DNA of 64,000 bases from Flaccisagitta enflata (GCA_965153355.1 OZ231126.1:186001-250000); one strand, 5' to 3'; positions 26,969 through 41,338 are shown, counted from the stretch's first letter. A program made the numbers and translations. Notes: generated by a model not told the origin, from the letters alone.

Positions 26969-29000
26969 TAGCCTGTACCGAAATGACAAATATTGATATA
27001 TCAAGTATTCTCCGACCAGCTTGAATCGTACTGGTGTCTTGGCAGTCTGTTAGAACCAGAAATTGGACCATCAGAGCAATTTTAGGTCTCCGCGTTGGAA
27101 CCGGAAGTGATGTTGTTAATTGGGCTAATTCTCGCTTTTTCTGATACTTTCGGTAATTTCACTAGAAAAGTTGAATCTATCAAGACAGATGTCCAATCAT
27201 GAATATGCACAAGCATCGCGATTTTGAACTTAAAACATATAAATCAAGATTAGAAAACAGACATTTTTTGCCTTTTGGGTTTAGTCTTTGGTGCGTTGCT
27301 ATTTGTCCTATCTTTTATCATCAGCGCGCCCCTTTATTTCGTATGTCGTTATCTCTCTATCTCAGCTCATTATTCTAAATGTCGCTACCTCTCTCTCATT
27401 TCTGATGAAACTCAAAAGGTCTTTTCCGGAATGTACACAAACCATATGCCAAAGGAGGGTCATTTTTGCTCATCATGTTCGTACATGGATACATGCCCAC
27501 ATAATAAGGAGTGGTGAATGCTGGTAGTGGGGAGGGAGGAGGAGGCTGAATAAAGATGGGGATAAGATTATGCAAAATACACGTTCAACGGAGCTCCAGG
27601 CCAGGGCCTATTCATTTTTAACTTCCATAAGCAGAGCAATTATGATCCATTGCTTTCGACACGCAATTCTGTCTGTCTGTTTGTTTGTCCATTCATGAGC
27701 ACAAGTTGAAAAGTGGAAAAACTAGCGGCTTAGGTGTCGAAGGGGCTGATGACTTATGCTTTCACTCAGGGGTAATTTCTCCTCTTTCTTCTTCTTTGTA
27801 CCCCTCCGTCCCACCACGAGGCCCGTATCCTAGCCCCAAAGCCCTAATCCTAGTATCAAGGCTGGTATCCTAGCCCAAGTCCAAGCCTTCAAGCCCTTAT
27901 TCCAACCTTGAGGCTCAAATCCCAAACTTGATGCCCAATTTCTAGGCCAAGGCCCATATTCCAGCCCCAAATACAAGCCTCGCGACCTATTATACTGAGC
28001 ATAGTTCATCAGCCTATTCAGGGCCGCTGCTCCTCTAACCGTCAAACATAGTCATACACTCACAAGGGGGCAATGGGTACCGCTGACCAACTGACGCTTT
28101 TGCGACTAGTACGTATCTGTGTGGGTGAGAGGGGCTATTGTACGACTTCGCCCATCGACGATATTGTAACCCGGGTTACTCGTTGTTTTTTGTCAGTAAG
28201 TTTGTCCATTGACCATTTATAAAAGCGTCATTGGTATATTTTGTTATTTTGTTGAATATCTACGAAGGTCGATGACGATAGATGATTCAGACCAAACAAG
28301 GTCGGATACACGGTCACCTGTTGTGGACGGGTGGGCTGGGGCGGATATGCACATTTTCCCACATTTCGACTCATGCTGACAGACGGACCAACGGACCGAC
28401 GGACCAATGGACTGACGGACCAACAGAACGACGGACCGACGGACAAAGCCTCCTATAGAGTTGCGTGTCCGCAACTAAAAAGATAAGTCGGAGATGAGAA
28501 CAGAGTCAACGAAGAAGAAGAAAAAGAAAGAGGAAGAGGAGAAGAAGAAGAAGAAGAAGAAGAAGAAGAAGAAGAAGAAGAAGAAGAAGAAGAACAAGAA
28601 GAACAAGAAGAAGAAGAAGAAGAAGAACAAGAAGAAGAACAAGAAGAAGGGTGAAGAGGAAAAGGAGGGAAAAGAAGAACGATGCTGGATACACGGCTAC
28701 CCCTGTTACGTGTGGATTGGCAGGGGCCATGTGAAAGTTGTAGCAAATTCTATTTCAATCAATGTTCCCTCAAAAAAATTTCTCAAAATATTGATACTTT
28801 AAATACACAGAAACATGTTTCCATGGCAACCAATACCCATAGGCAATAAAGCATTCTTTTACTAGTTTACATTTCAAATATCAGTTTTTCAGGTTTATTT
28901 GTCGTCTTGTAATGAATTCCCCCGTATTTCCAAGTCTAGACTACATCTACTGTATTTCTTTTTTTGGAAGGAGGGGGAGGGTATTTTGAAGAGGACCCCC

Positions 29001-29073
<73 letters not shown>

Positions 29074-29536
29074 GATTTCTCCGCAGGTCATATAAAAAAG
29101 ATTACGTAGTTCAAGAAATTAAAGTGAGATGTTGTCCATGTCTCTTTCTATTAGTAAGCGCTCCTCCTCCTCCTCCTCCTCCTCCTCCTCCTCCTCCTCC
29201 TCCTCTTCCTCCTCTTCCTCCTTAGCCGCCACCACTTACATTTTCAGTCAAGTATCACTATATTTCCTGTCCATTGTATGGAGTTGGACAACATTACTTT
29301 ATAACAAAAAATCTAGAATAAGGCAGATTATGATAGCAAATGCCCTCGTCCTATGAATGTGAGGAAAAAGCGAAAATTTGCCTGATTCATGACGTCACTT
29401 CCGGTCTCCACGCGGAGACGTAAAATTCCTTAAACAACCATTTCTATAGCTCTAACAGACCCCCGAGACACCGGTACAATGCAAGATGGTCGGAGAATAA
29501 TTGTTTTTTTGCATATTGTCATTTCGGTACAGGCTA
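26969..29536. mobile_element. Non-autonomous hAT-like DNA transposon, ~150-bp imperfect TIRs, 8-bp TSD, nested in a CAC..GTG MITE (26887-~29800)
   Basis: ATAATCAT|tagcctgtaccgaaatgaca ... tgtcatttcggtacaggcta|ATAATCAT. Confidence 0.85.
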
Positions 29537-30927
29537 ATAATCATGTTTATAGAAAATAATGGCATTCATTTTTGTTAAAAGATATAATATCTTATTATGA
29601 ACAACTACAAAATAATTATTGTCATATCTAATTTCAATTTTTTTATACTGAACATCAGTTATTTCAATCCATAAAACAAAATTATAAAAAAATCATAAAG
29701 AAATATTAAGAACACGCTAAGAACATTTCAGCCTGAAATTAACAAAAATTTAAGGACATCCCAGCCTCAGAAAAAATTTACTGGTCCTTATATAAACAAG
29801 GTCAACAAACCTTAGTCGCGTGGTAATAAAGGTAATATAGGTAATAAAGGTAATAAAGGTAATAAGGTAATGAATTAGAATAAAGTACTTAAATTACCTT
29901 TAAGTACCCTAAAGTACCTAATGTACCCTAAAGTACCCTAAAATACCCTAAAATACTTAAAGTACCCCATAGTACCTTTAATACCTATAGTACCCTTAAG
30001 TACCCTAAAGTACCCTAAAGTACCCTAAAGCACCTTTAAGTACTCTAAAGTACCCTTAAGTACCTTTAAAATGAAGACAAAAGCTATATTTCAAAAATGT
30101 GACGGACCAACAGACCGACCAACAGACCGACCGACATAGCGGCTTTTAGAGTCGCGTTCACGCGACTAAAAAAAGAGTGTATGCCAAAACTGCAGACTTG
30201 CCATAACTGCCTACATACCGAAACTGCCCATATGTCATAGCTGCCAACGTGCCACAGTCGCCAACAGGCCATAACTGCAGACTTGTTATAATTGCCTACA
30301 TGCCACAACTGCATATATATATTAAAGCTGCCAATGTGCCGCAACTGCCATCATGTCACAACTGCTGTCGTGCCACAACTGCTGACGTGCCACAACTGCT
30401 GACGTGCCACAACTGTTGACGTGCCACAACTGCCAACATGCGACAACTGCTGACGTGCCACATCTGACAAGGTGCCACGCAGGAGTTTTTTTCGTCTTCT
30501 TTCGTCATTTTTGAGATATAACTTTTTTTTTCTATTCTTTATCCATTCGTTTTTCTTTTCTTTTCTTTTCTTTTCTTTTTTCTATTTTTTTTTCTATTTA
30601 GAAACTGGAATTTTCGGTTCTCGATTCGCGTTTGATCCACTTGTTTAGATTCCACTTTTCTTTAGGTCTCAAAATTGTAACAAGATTCTTTAACATTTCA
30701 TTGTTACAAATGTCCTAGTCATTTGGGATTCAATGGTTGAATCGAGGCTTCCATTGTACCGGCGAAAAGTCTTAGCTCGAGTTTGTCAGTTTTATTTGTT
30801 CAATGATAGTGGAATAACACAGTCTTTTTTACTGGTTCAAATTTACCTCAACCGAAATATTCTGTCTCCTTTCATTTTCTCTCCCTCTCTCTGTTTCTCT
30901 CTCTCTGTTTCTCTCTCTCTGTTTCTC

Positions 30928-31059
<132 letters not shown>

Positions 31060-31535
31060 GTTCCCGTACGAGCAGAAAGAGTTGCAAGGTAAATATTAGC
31101 ATGAAAGCTAAAAGTGACATTTTGTCAAATTGGATTTTGAAGAAGAAATTTGAGCGTTGGCTTAATCTCGAGAGTCGGGACAGGGACAATTATTTGAACG
31201 CTGCCATGGACAATAATTCAGGCGCTGACAAGGACAACAAGTCAAATGCTGACATGGTCAATAAATTAGACACATGAATGGTCGGTTTCATATTTATTGA
31301 TATTTGACAAGGACAACCAACAAAAAAATGTCATGCAATTGTTTTTAGTATAGGAAGATTAGAACAAGGATTAGGTAAATGATCAGGACAAACAGGAAGA
31401 CGCTGAAAAGAACAAGTTAGAAGAAAAGCGGTGTTAAATTCAAATTTGTTACACAGCCATCAATCTCGTTTGAAAAATTCTTTTAAGCTTTTTATCAGAG
31501 ATGTGTCAAATGAGTGATCTGGAATCAGTTTTTCC

Positions 31536-32121
31536 TTAAAGATCATTGTTTGACGTTTTTTGTATCAAAATTTCATAGACTTGGGACAAATACTTTTCAT
31601 TTTATGAAAATTTAAAGTATGAGCAGCTTCAGGAGTAAAATATAGGAAAATTATTGTTTGACAAGGCAGTTCCTCTTTAAATTGGTCTCATTTCTATGCG
31701 GCTTGAGCTACAGATGCCAGATTGGTCTCAAATGAAAGATAATTTAATGTAGTTATAGCTATAGATAAGAGGAAAACAGTCTTGAACCTATTTGTTGCAC
31801 TTTTTATTGAAAAATCCAAAATTTTGACAAAAAAAATTGTTGTCAAGAACATGAAACTTACTCTCTATGCCAATTCAATCACCAGCCAAAGGAAATATGA
31901 AAAACTACTTCAAATTATCTTTCATTTGGGCCCAATCTGGCATTTGTAGCTTTACTGGTTTAGAAATGAGAGCAATTTAAAGCTGGACACTTTTGTAAGC
32001 AATGTTTTAATTTCGCCTCAGCTGTAAATACCAAAATTACTTCCAATTGAGGTTGTAGACAAACTATTTAACCTAGACCAATGAAATTTTGACACAAAAA
32101 ACGTCAAACATAGTACTTAAA
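31536..32121. mobile_element. Palindromic non-autonomous element core (related to 57897-58497 and ~33720-33900)
   Basis: tttgacgttttttgtatcaaaatttcat ... atgaaattttgacacaaaaaacgtcaaa, plus an inner inverted pair ccagattgg..caaatgaaagataatt. Confidence 0.75.
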
Positions 32122-34354
32122 GTAGGCAAGAAGCCAGCGGGAAATCAAGAGGATTGCAGTGGAAAAAAAAGTTGTCAGAATTTGAAAACCACGATGTATA
32201 TCCAATTTATTGCTCAAAATTCACCAGTATCAAAAAAAATCATTCAAAATCAAGTAGATCTATCGTCAGGCTATCGAGTAATATGATTTTTTGTCGGAAA
32301 AATTTGATTAAAAATGAAGGAATAACTAATGAGCTTAGAAAACCGTCATATGAGGCCGCAAATCGCTTGGTAACGCGAGCGACTCAGGATAGCAATGTAG
32401 GTTATTGCGTGGGGAATTCAAATCTGGTTTCAGAAATCTTTTAGCATGAAGCTGAAAAAAGCTGTAGCCAAAAGAGTATGAGGGTATCTCGAACAGGGCT
32501 AAGGATGCGCAGGATTTTCAAGAGCCTTCGTGTTCGCGTTTTCCAGCAGCTCGCGCATCGCGCTACGCATCGCATCCAACGTATTTGGTTGCTAATGCGT
32601 TCGCGTTACGCGTTTTCAATGCTTCTGACACTTTTTCTTTTAGAAAGAAAGAAGGAAAGATAGAAGGAAAGATAGAAAGAAAATGAAAGGAAGGAAGAAA
32701 GAAAGGAAGGAAGAGATGAGGACAGGAGAAAAGGAAAAGAAAGAAAGAAAGGAAGAAAGAAAAAAAGAAAGAAAGAAAGAAAGAAAGAAAAAAAGAAAGA
32801 AAAAAAGAAAGAAAGGAAGAAAGAAAGAAAGAAAAAAAGAAAGGAAGGAAGGAATAAAGAAAGGAAGATATAAGGGAAGGAGAAAAGAAGAAAGAAAGAA
32901 ATAAAGAACGAAAGAAAGAACGAAAGAACGAAAGAACGAAAGAAAGAAAGAAAGAAAGAAAGAAATATAGAAAATAAAAGAAAAAGAAAAAGAAAAAGGG
33001 AAATGAAGACAGAAAAAAAAAAGGAAAAAAATCAAGAAAGAGGAGAAATAATTGAATTCTTAAAAGAATAGAAAAACCAAGTGAGGCGGGGTCACAATAT
33101 TGTTGCGAACAGGTCGGCAACCCTCATTCACACCCAACCCCCCACCCAACTCTCTCCCCAACTGAGACACATACACAACAAGTGAGGCGGGGCCACAATA
33201 TTGTTGCTGATGGGTGGGGAGGGGCGTTCAACCCCCATCTACACCTCAATGTCCCACATGTACACAAACATACGCAAAAAAACGCAAAAAGCTCGTTATT
33301 CCACTTTTTGACTCATGCTGACAGACCAACGGACCAACGGACCAACGGACGGATGGACCAACAGACAAAGCATGTCCGCAAATAAAAAGCTTCCAAAAAT
33401 CTCATTTTCCCTTTTTTTTTCTACTTGTGCTGATGTACCAATGGACTGACGGACAAAGCTTCTTATAGAGTTGCGTGTCGGAAACTAAAAACTCGTTAAA
33501 GTGGAACTTTAACGCTCTAACGGATTTTAGCTAGGGACCAACATTTTTTTTTGTTATTGGCGATAACGTATTGCCAACTAAGGAAGTAAAAGGAATTTCA
33601 ATGCATAACAAACTGAGCGAGCCAGTAAAAAATAAATGAGCAGGTATGCTCAGTGGAAGCATCAGAAAACTAATCTGTAAGACGCAGCTTAGAGGAAACC
33701 ATCTTGGAGAACGAAATTTTTTTGCTCTGAAAAATAATCAACTTTGAAGGAGTATTGCAACTTAAACAATAAAGCTACATATCCCAGATTGGTTTTAACT
33801 TAAAGAGTTGTTTGAACTCTTTAAATTGCGACCAATCTGGGGTTTGTAGCTCAATTCGTTTGTGAGCAGTGGTCTTTCAAAGTTGATGCTCATTTCTAAG
33901 CGTGGAAAATTCTTTATTGTAATTTAGGGTGGATATAGATGTAAGTAGCTGAATAGATAGTAGCTCTTGAGCGTTTTGTTCGATGTTATGTGAAGGACAA
34001 AATTAGTAATCTGAGAGATATTATCAAAGATTTTTGGTAGTATGAGCCGTTTCAATATCGCATTTCACTTATCTTATCATCAAGAAAAAAGTGCCAGGAA
34101 ATGACTGCACAGTATTTGTTGGTTTTAGTGATTGTATGTTTCTGAAATTGGTAAAATAGGCCAAAAATGAAGTTTTTTGATAATGTTGATATTATTACGA
34201 GCCGATCCATACATCATATGCCATACATGGCCATTTTTTACATTATCATCCTACTAGCCTACTTAAAGAGAAAATTGATTTCAGATCATGAAAATGAAGC
34301 ATTGAGGCATAATTGCTTAATACTTTTTTTCAGTTGAGATTGATGACCCTGTAT

Positions 34355-35493
34355 TCATGCATACAAATCAACAAATGTCTCATGAAGCCTATTTGCAGCT
34401 TTATTTGACGATATAGACAGAACACCAGCGCCCACGGGGCAGGGGATTCTCTGTGGGAGGGCTGGGCTACTAATTATTTGTGGAATCACTGTTTTGACAT
34501 CGGTATCATATATCCATTCGCGTATCAGTTGCCACCACTCCAGGTATAAATCACTATTTCGATCCTGTTGTAATTATGGGTGGTGATTGTTTCACTTTGC
34601 GTCAGTTAAGAACAAAGAAAATATTAAAAAAGTTCACAATGCATTCTTGGAAGAAAAAATTTTTTTTCTTGGAAACAATATCTTGTTATGTTACAGAAAT
34701 TTATTGATAGACGTACTCGTGCGTCATGTTTTTCTATATTACCGCTACCCTGTTACTGAGTTATTGTACATATTTTTTTTTATCATACCGACGTATTCGT
34801 ATGTCACTTGATTGTTTTCTGTTTTTTAAGTCGCGTGCTACGCGACTCTACACCCCGCTTTGTCGGTCCGTCCGTCGGTCCGTCCGTCGGTCCGTCCGTC
34901 GGTCCGTCCGTCGGTCCGTCCGTCCGTCACACTTTCCTTTTTTTTTGTAGTCTTTTTCCCATTAGGCATGAAGACCAATTTTTTTTCTCAAACCCAACTG
35001 GTCAGCTAAGTAATGACTTACATATTATTTTCTGCTTGGATATATGAATAATGAAGAGACAAAAAATATCTTCTGGGCCAGTAAGATTGTAGCAACTTAG
35101 ATGCATGTTGAAAGATTTCACGATTTAATGAATTTAAAACTTTTTTATTTTGCTTGGTGAATCTCTTACCTTTCTGTGAACTGTAATCAGGGCTTTTAAA
35201 CCTAATGTTACTGCTCCTGCCCAAATAATCAAGTGACCTTAAATACAGCCCTTGCCCACCCGCACGCGAATGGGGTAGCCGTGTATCCGGCCTTGTTATA
35301 TGGCCTTGTGCGTTATGTGTTTTCTGTTTTTATCTCATCTGTATCCTACATTTGTAATTGAAATCACGAGGGTCGACATGAACAAGCCCGTCGATAGAAA
35401 GTATATCATTTTTTGACAAGAAGGGCTTTGGCATGGTTCTCCCCCACTGATACATCGCCATATTGCTGTTACACGCGCCTTCGGGGAAATAAA
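34355..35493 (-). other. Candidate exons of an unidentified minus-strand gene (35350-35493, microexon 35170-35180, 34355-34564)
   Basis: Open, normal-complexity frames bounded by cag/gt: YFPEGACNSNMAMYQWGRTMPKPFLSKNDILSIDGLVHVDPRDFNYK-FHRK and DRNSDLYLEWWQLIREWIYDTDVKTVIPQII...; family not recognised. Confidence 0.35.
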
Positions 35494-35820
35494 CTGTTTG
35501 AATTGAATTGAATTGAATTGATTTGTCAAACCAGAATGAGAACATGACCAATGACGGGGACAAGTACATTCAATGAAAACCTGCTTAAGTTTAACCCAAA
35601 CATTACACTCTCTCAGAAAAGCAGAAGTGACTCGGGGTCACAATATATCATTGTGGACAAGTAGACAAGGGCATCCAACCCCTATCCACACCCCAACCCC
35701 CACCCCATACCCTCCACATACACGTACAGTGCGTATCACGGTAAAGTTAACACTTTTAGATGCTTCTTAGGCAAGAAGCTCATTGAGATTAGTGACCGAT
35801 TGAGAGCTCTGTTAAAGATA

Positions 35821-36306
35821 CTGACTCGGCATTGACTCAGCAGTGACTTTGACTCAACATTGACTAAGCATTGACTCAGCATTGAGTTTGACTCAGCATT
35901 GACTCAGCATTAAATCAGCATTAAATCAGCATTGACATTGACTCAGCATTAAATCAGCATTGACGTTGACTCAGCATTAAATCAGCATTGACATTGACTC
36001 AGCATTAAATCAGCATTGACATTGACTCAGCATTAAATCAGCATTGACATTGACTCAGCATTAAATCAGCATTGACATTGACTCAGCATTAAATCAGCAT
36101 AAACATTGACTCAGCATTGACTCAGCTTTAAATCAGCATTGACTTTGACTCAGCATTGACTCAGCATTGACTCAGCATTGACTCAGCATTGACATTGACT
36201 CAACATTGACTCACCATTATAACTGCATTGACATTGACTCAGTATTGACATTGAATCAGGCATTGACTCAGCATTAAAACAGCACTGATATTACCTCAGC
36301 ATTGAC
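35821..36306. repeat. 11/28-bp minisatellite built on TGACTCAGCA
   Basis: About 16 exact TGACTCAGCA copies counted by eye. Confidence 0.95.
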
Positions 36307-36572
36307 TGGCTTGTCGCGTATATCGCCGATAGCGTATTCTCCTTAATGAGTCCAAATAACAGATTATCTGCAAACGAGTTTCCCGCTCAATCCTTTTCTC
36401 TGGCCTAATTTTCAAGTTAAGCCGCCGTTTGCGAAAAAGAAAAATAATCCTTAATTGGCTCATGCTCCAGTTGCTCCCCGCTATATACCAGATCCAAGAG
36501 TGGCAGAAATCAAACCATAGCAGATTTGAAACGCTGGTCTCACGATCTCATTGTGTTATCGATTTTTCCTTC

Positions 36573-37593
36573 TCAGGAAAAACGTCGAAGTCAGTCTTCG
36601 ACTTTTTGACATATTCCAGAAAAACAAGGTTTTCATTTTTTTATTAGAAAGTTGAGTGTCTCGATTGACCAAATGAGCCCTCAAACAAAATTGATAGGGT
36701 AAGTAGTTTGGATAATTCTCTTTCATTTGGTGCCAAGCACAATACTCTACAACAAATATTTTTTGCGCTATGATTTTTTAAAGATTTATTTGCAAAAAAT
36801 TCAAATCAAATTTTTATCGATATATTATGATTTTAGGTGAGATCAATAAAGGAGCATGCAAAAACAAGAAAACATGTTTATGAGCATACCTGCTCATCTG
36901 TAAGGGTTTTTTTGAGCAGTCTAGCTCATTTAGCTCATTCAGATCCATCTTTTTTTTATATTTCAAATGCGATAAATGAATAAATATTTTGATACATGTT
37001 AAGGCAAGCAGATACAAAAAAACATGTCAGTGAGCATAGCTGCTCATTTGCGAGGGTGTTTTTAGTCGCGTGCACGCGACTCTACAACCCGCTTTGTCCG
37101 TCCATCTGTAGGTCAGTTGGTCGGTCGGTCACTTTTTACTTTTTTTATGATTTTATTTCTTTGGCCCTCCAGCTATTGCCTAAATGGTCTAATGACCTCA
37201 AATATGGCCCCTGCCCACCCGCACGCAACTTTGGTAGCCGTGTATCCCGACTTTTTATGTATTCTAGCTCACTCAGCTCATTTAGCTCAGTCCTTTTTTT
37301 CTAATTTTTAATGGGATAAATACATAAATGTTTTGATATGAGCAAGCAAAAACAAGAAAGCATGTCAGTGAGCATAGCTGATTGTCTGCTTGAGTGATTT
37401 TGAGAATTTTAGCTCATCTATCTCATTTGGCTCAGTCCTATTTTTCTCTGATTATCAGTGCAACCAATACATACAAGTGCTCTTGATTTGATCTTACAGA
37501 TAGAAAGATTTGCAGTGATTAAAAACAAAAGTTTGGTGAAAAATGACCAATGCTTACAACTTTTTTCCTCACGGTGACAGCCGCCATTACTGG
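36573..37593 (+). mobile_element. Helentron-like family A copy 2, with a family B element nested at ~37060-37250
   Basis: Colinear with 296-1143, same termini. Confidence 0.8.
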
Positions 37594-37660
37594 TATTGGC
37601 GGTGACAGATGGAATTTGTTGGCCCATTGGTATCCGTTTTTGCAGGGTCAACTTACTTCA

Positions 37661-38214
<554 letters not shown>

Positions 38215-38241
38215 TATATTTTCATTGGCAGTATCGGCAAA

Positions 38242-38249
38242 ATGCATTC
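38242..38249 (+). CDS. Putative first coding exon (M-H-S) of the zinc-finger/RAG1-like gene
   Basis: caaaATG context, gtgggt donor, phase 2 matches the next exon across an 89-nt intron. Confidence 0.5.
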
Positions 38250-38338
38250 GTGGGTTGGTCCGTTTTGAATACACATTTTTTTATCAATACATCATTCTCG
38301 ATAATACACTGTTACATTATATCATCATTTTTTCTTAG

Positions 38339-38391
38339 ATTCGTTTGTCAAAAATGTCGACGCGATTTTAGTTCGGCGAAAATTTACAGAG
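38339..38391 (+). CDS. Zinc-finger exon (FVCQKCRRDFSSAKIYR)
   Basis: ttcttag/gtacat boundaries; splicing to 39492 restores C-x2-C-x12-H-x5-C. Confidence 0.75.
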
Positions 38392-38492
38392 GTACATGAA
38401 ACAATTTGCTTCTCTATTTGTTTAAAAGAAAACAAAGTAAAACGTCATCTTACCTCCGCATCTTGTCAGAAAGAATTAAAGAAAGAAAAAAA

Positions 38493-38613
<121 letters not shown>

Positions 38614-38959
38614 GAGAAAGAAAGAAAGAAAGAAAGAAGGAAAGAAGGGAAGAAAGAGAGGAAGAAGGAAGAAGGAAAGAAGGAAAGAAATAAAGAAAGA
38701 AAGAGAGAGAGAGACCGCAAGAGAGAGGGTGAAAGCGAAAGAGCAGATAGATATCGCTACTAATAGTAAAACTACAATGTTATTAATTTCGGAGCAATTC
38801 CAATTCTCGATGTTCTCATAAACTAGGTTCTTAAAAACTTGGCTCTTATATGAAAAAAAGTGTAGTCTGTCAGTCTGTTCATCCATCCAGTCTTCTTTCA
38901 TGCATCAATCACACAGCAAAAAAATTCTAGCATACCTTATCTTGATCTTAATTGAATTA

Positions 38960-39450
38960 CACTTCTTTTTGTCAGGACCAAGTTTATAAGAACGTTAGGC
39001 TTCAAATCGTCAAAAATTTAAGAACATTGCTAAGAACATAGGAAGGCTTCATTCTTCAAAAATTTAAAAACATAAGGCTTAAAACCTTAAAAATTTAAGA
39101 ACATTTTTTTTCGGATTTTTTTTTTCAATCAATAGTTCTTTGTAAATGGACAGACTCTGTATCTCTTCTGTATAATAAATCATGTTTTTCTTTGTATAGC
39201 ATGTATTTTTCTACTTTTATTGATCTTGATTCATTCAAAATGTTTAAATCTGCTAATTTATTGCTTCATTGACATTTTCTTTCATTTTCTCCTTAATGAC
39301 AAACTTAAAATTAATTAAGAACGTTCTTAATTGAAGGTTAAACTATGTTTTTAAATTAAGAACAATTTAAGAACGTTCAAGCCTTGAAACTGCTCAAAAT
39401 TTAGGAACATTGAGGCTTGCTCAAAATGACGTTCTTATAAAAAAAAAGTG
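38960..39450. mobile_element. CAC..GTG MITE with TA TSD and ataagaac repeats (also 44420-44873, 57691-58728, 26887-~29800)
   Basis: TA|cactt...ataagaac ... gttcttataaaaaaaaagtg|TA. Confidence 0.8.
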
Positions 39451-39491
39451 TAGTCAGCTTTCATCCCACTATTATGTGCGTGTTCTTGCAG

Positions 39492-39634
39492 AACATATCA
39501 ATAAGTCGAGATGCTTCGTTAAGGAGTCGCCCGACTACAAATGCGATACTTGCAAGAGAGACTTTACGCAGTATGCTGGATTACGCGATCATCTGTCGTC
39601 TTTAAAACGCAATGGAGTGTGCCCCAAACCCCAT
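39492..39634 (+). CDS. Zinc-finger exon (HINKSRC...YKCDTCKRDFTQYAGLRDHLSSLKRNGVCPKPH)
   Basis: ttgcag/gtatgt, phase 1-0; second finger C-x2-C-x12-H-x9-C. Confidence 0.75.
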
Positions 39635-40040
39635 GTATGTACAAACAAGGCCGGATACACGGCCAATACCAGTTGCGGACGGGTGGGCAGGGGCGGAAAT
39701 TCGCATTTTCACACTTTCTAACTCGATCATTACAGACCGACGGACCAACGGAGCGACGGACAGATGGACAAAGCCTCTTATAGAGTTGCCTGTCCGCAAC
39801 TAAAAAGAACTTTGGCAGGAATAGTAATGCAAAACCGTAAGAAAATGACAAAAACGCACTCCCTAGACATGCCAAAATCATGATTTTCTTACAACTTTCA
39901 AAACTCATGTTATTATTACATTTACTAGTCGCTGAAATTATCAGGCTCATCATTGGCAGAATCGTCATCGCCATCATCATCACCATCATCGCCGTCATCA
40001 TCATCGTCAATCATCATCATCATCATCATCATCATCATTC

Positions 40041-40074
<34 letters not shown>

Positions 40075-40076
40075 TC

Positions 40077-40122
<46 letters not shown>

Positions 40123-40125
40123 TAC

Positions 40126-40195
<70 letters not shown>

Positions 40196-41221
40196 GTCAT
40201 CATCGTCATCATCATCATCGTTATCATCATCATCATCAAACTAGAATCAGAATGAGTGAGAAAAGGCCTCATTAAGTACACATGAAGTACCTAGGTCTAA
40301 TGATGACTTTCCCTTATTCATCCCGCTAACATTTTACCATCTTTGTGGCATTCAAATACAAAATAATCAACTTGGACGTCCGCGACGATCAAATGACAAA
40401 ATTTCGGCCGTCTATCAAGATTCCGTCATTGAAGACTCTGTTATCGATAATTTTGTCAACGTAACTTCCTCAGAGGTATAAATGCATCGACTTTTACTTT
40501 TAGTCGCATGCTATGGTATTCTATGAGTTGCTATGTTGCTAAGTAAGTTGGTCAGTTTTTACCCGGCTGAATATTAAGTTAATCAACCGGCAACCAATCA
40601 TCAGTCACGGACCAACAACTGTATGGGGGTTTGTCCGATAATCATTGAGTCTGCCTGTCCATCAGTCCTCGAGCCAGAACATAGGAAATTGCGTTTTCTT
40701 AAGATACGGTGTGTGATAGGAGGGGGGGAGCGGGAAGTTTTGGTTGATAGTTATGCACCCTTGCCCGCCCGTCTGCGATGAAACCCCGCATTACTTGATT
40801 CGAAATTTACGCGTCAATTAGCTTACAGTTTCTGCTTGATTAGTATTTTTAGTCGCGTGCTACGCGACTCTATAAGCCACTTTTCGGTCGGTCCGTCGGT
40901 CGGTTGGTCGGTCCCGTCGGTCCGTCACAAAACTGTTTTAAAGGCTTTTAAAGCGTCTTTCATATTTTCTGATTGGTAGAAGGAGTAATTTGAGGAGTAG
41001 ACAGCCATTTCAAATGATCTTTTTGAAGAAAAAAATTGTTTGTCTGTCTGTCTGCCTGACTTTTTTGAAAGTGCCGACGCACGCGACTTAGGTCTAATGA
41101 CCTTGTTCGTCTTTGCCCCTCCCACTCCCTAGTGTCTTGGGTGGATATGTATCCAGCCTTGTTTAGAAGCATCTTGTAAACATCATCCAATCTTTGTGGC
41201 TTTTAAACCTACAATTATCAG

Positions 41222-41338
41222 TTGGGATGTCCGAGTAACACAAAAGACGATGGTTTCATCATTTATGAAGATTCGGTCATCATCGGAGACTACGGAGATT
41301 CCATCACTACCAATTTCATTATCGACGATGTTGTTACG
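41222..41338 (+). CDS. Candidate linker exon (LGCPSNTKDDGFIIYEDSVIIGDYGDSITTNFIIDDVVT)
   Basis: atcag/gtacga, 117 nt, phase 0-0; diverged duplicate at ~40340-40475. Confidence 0.35.
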
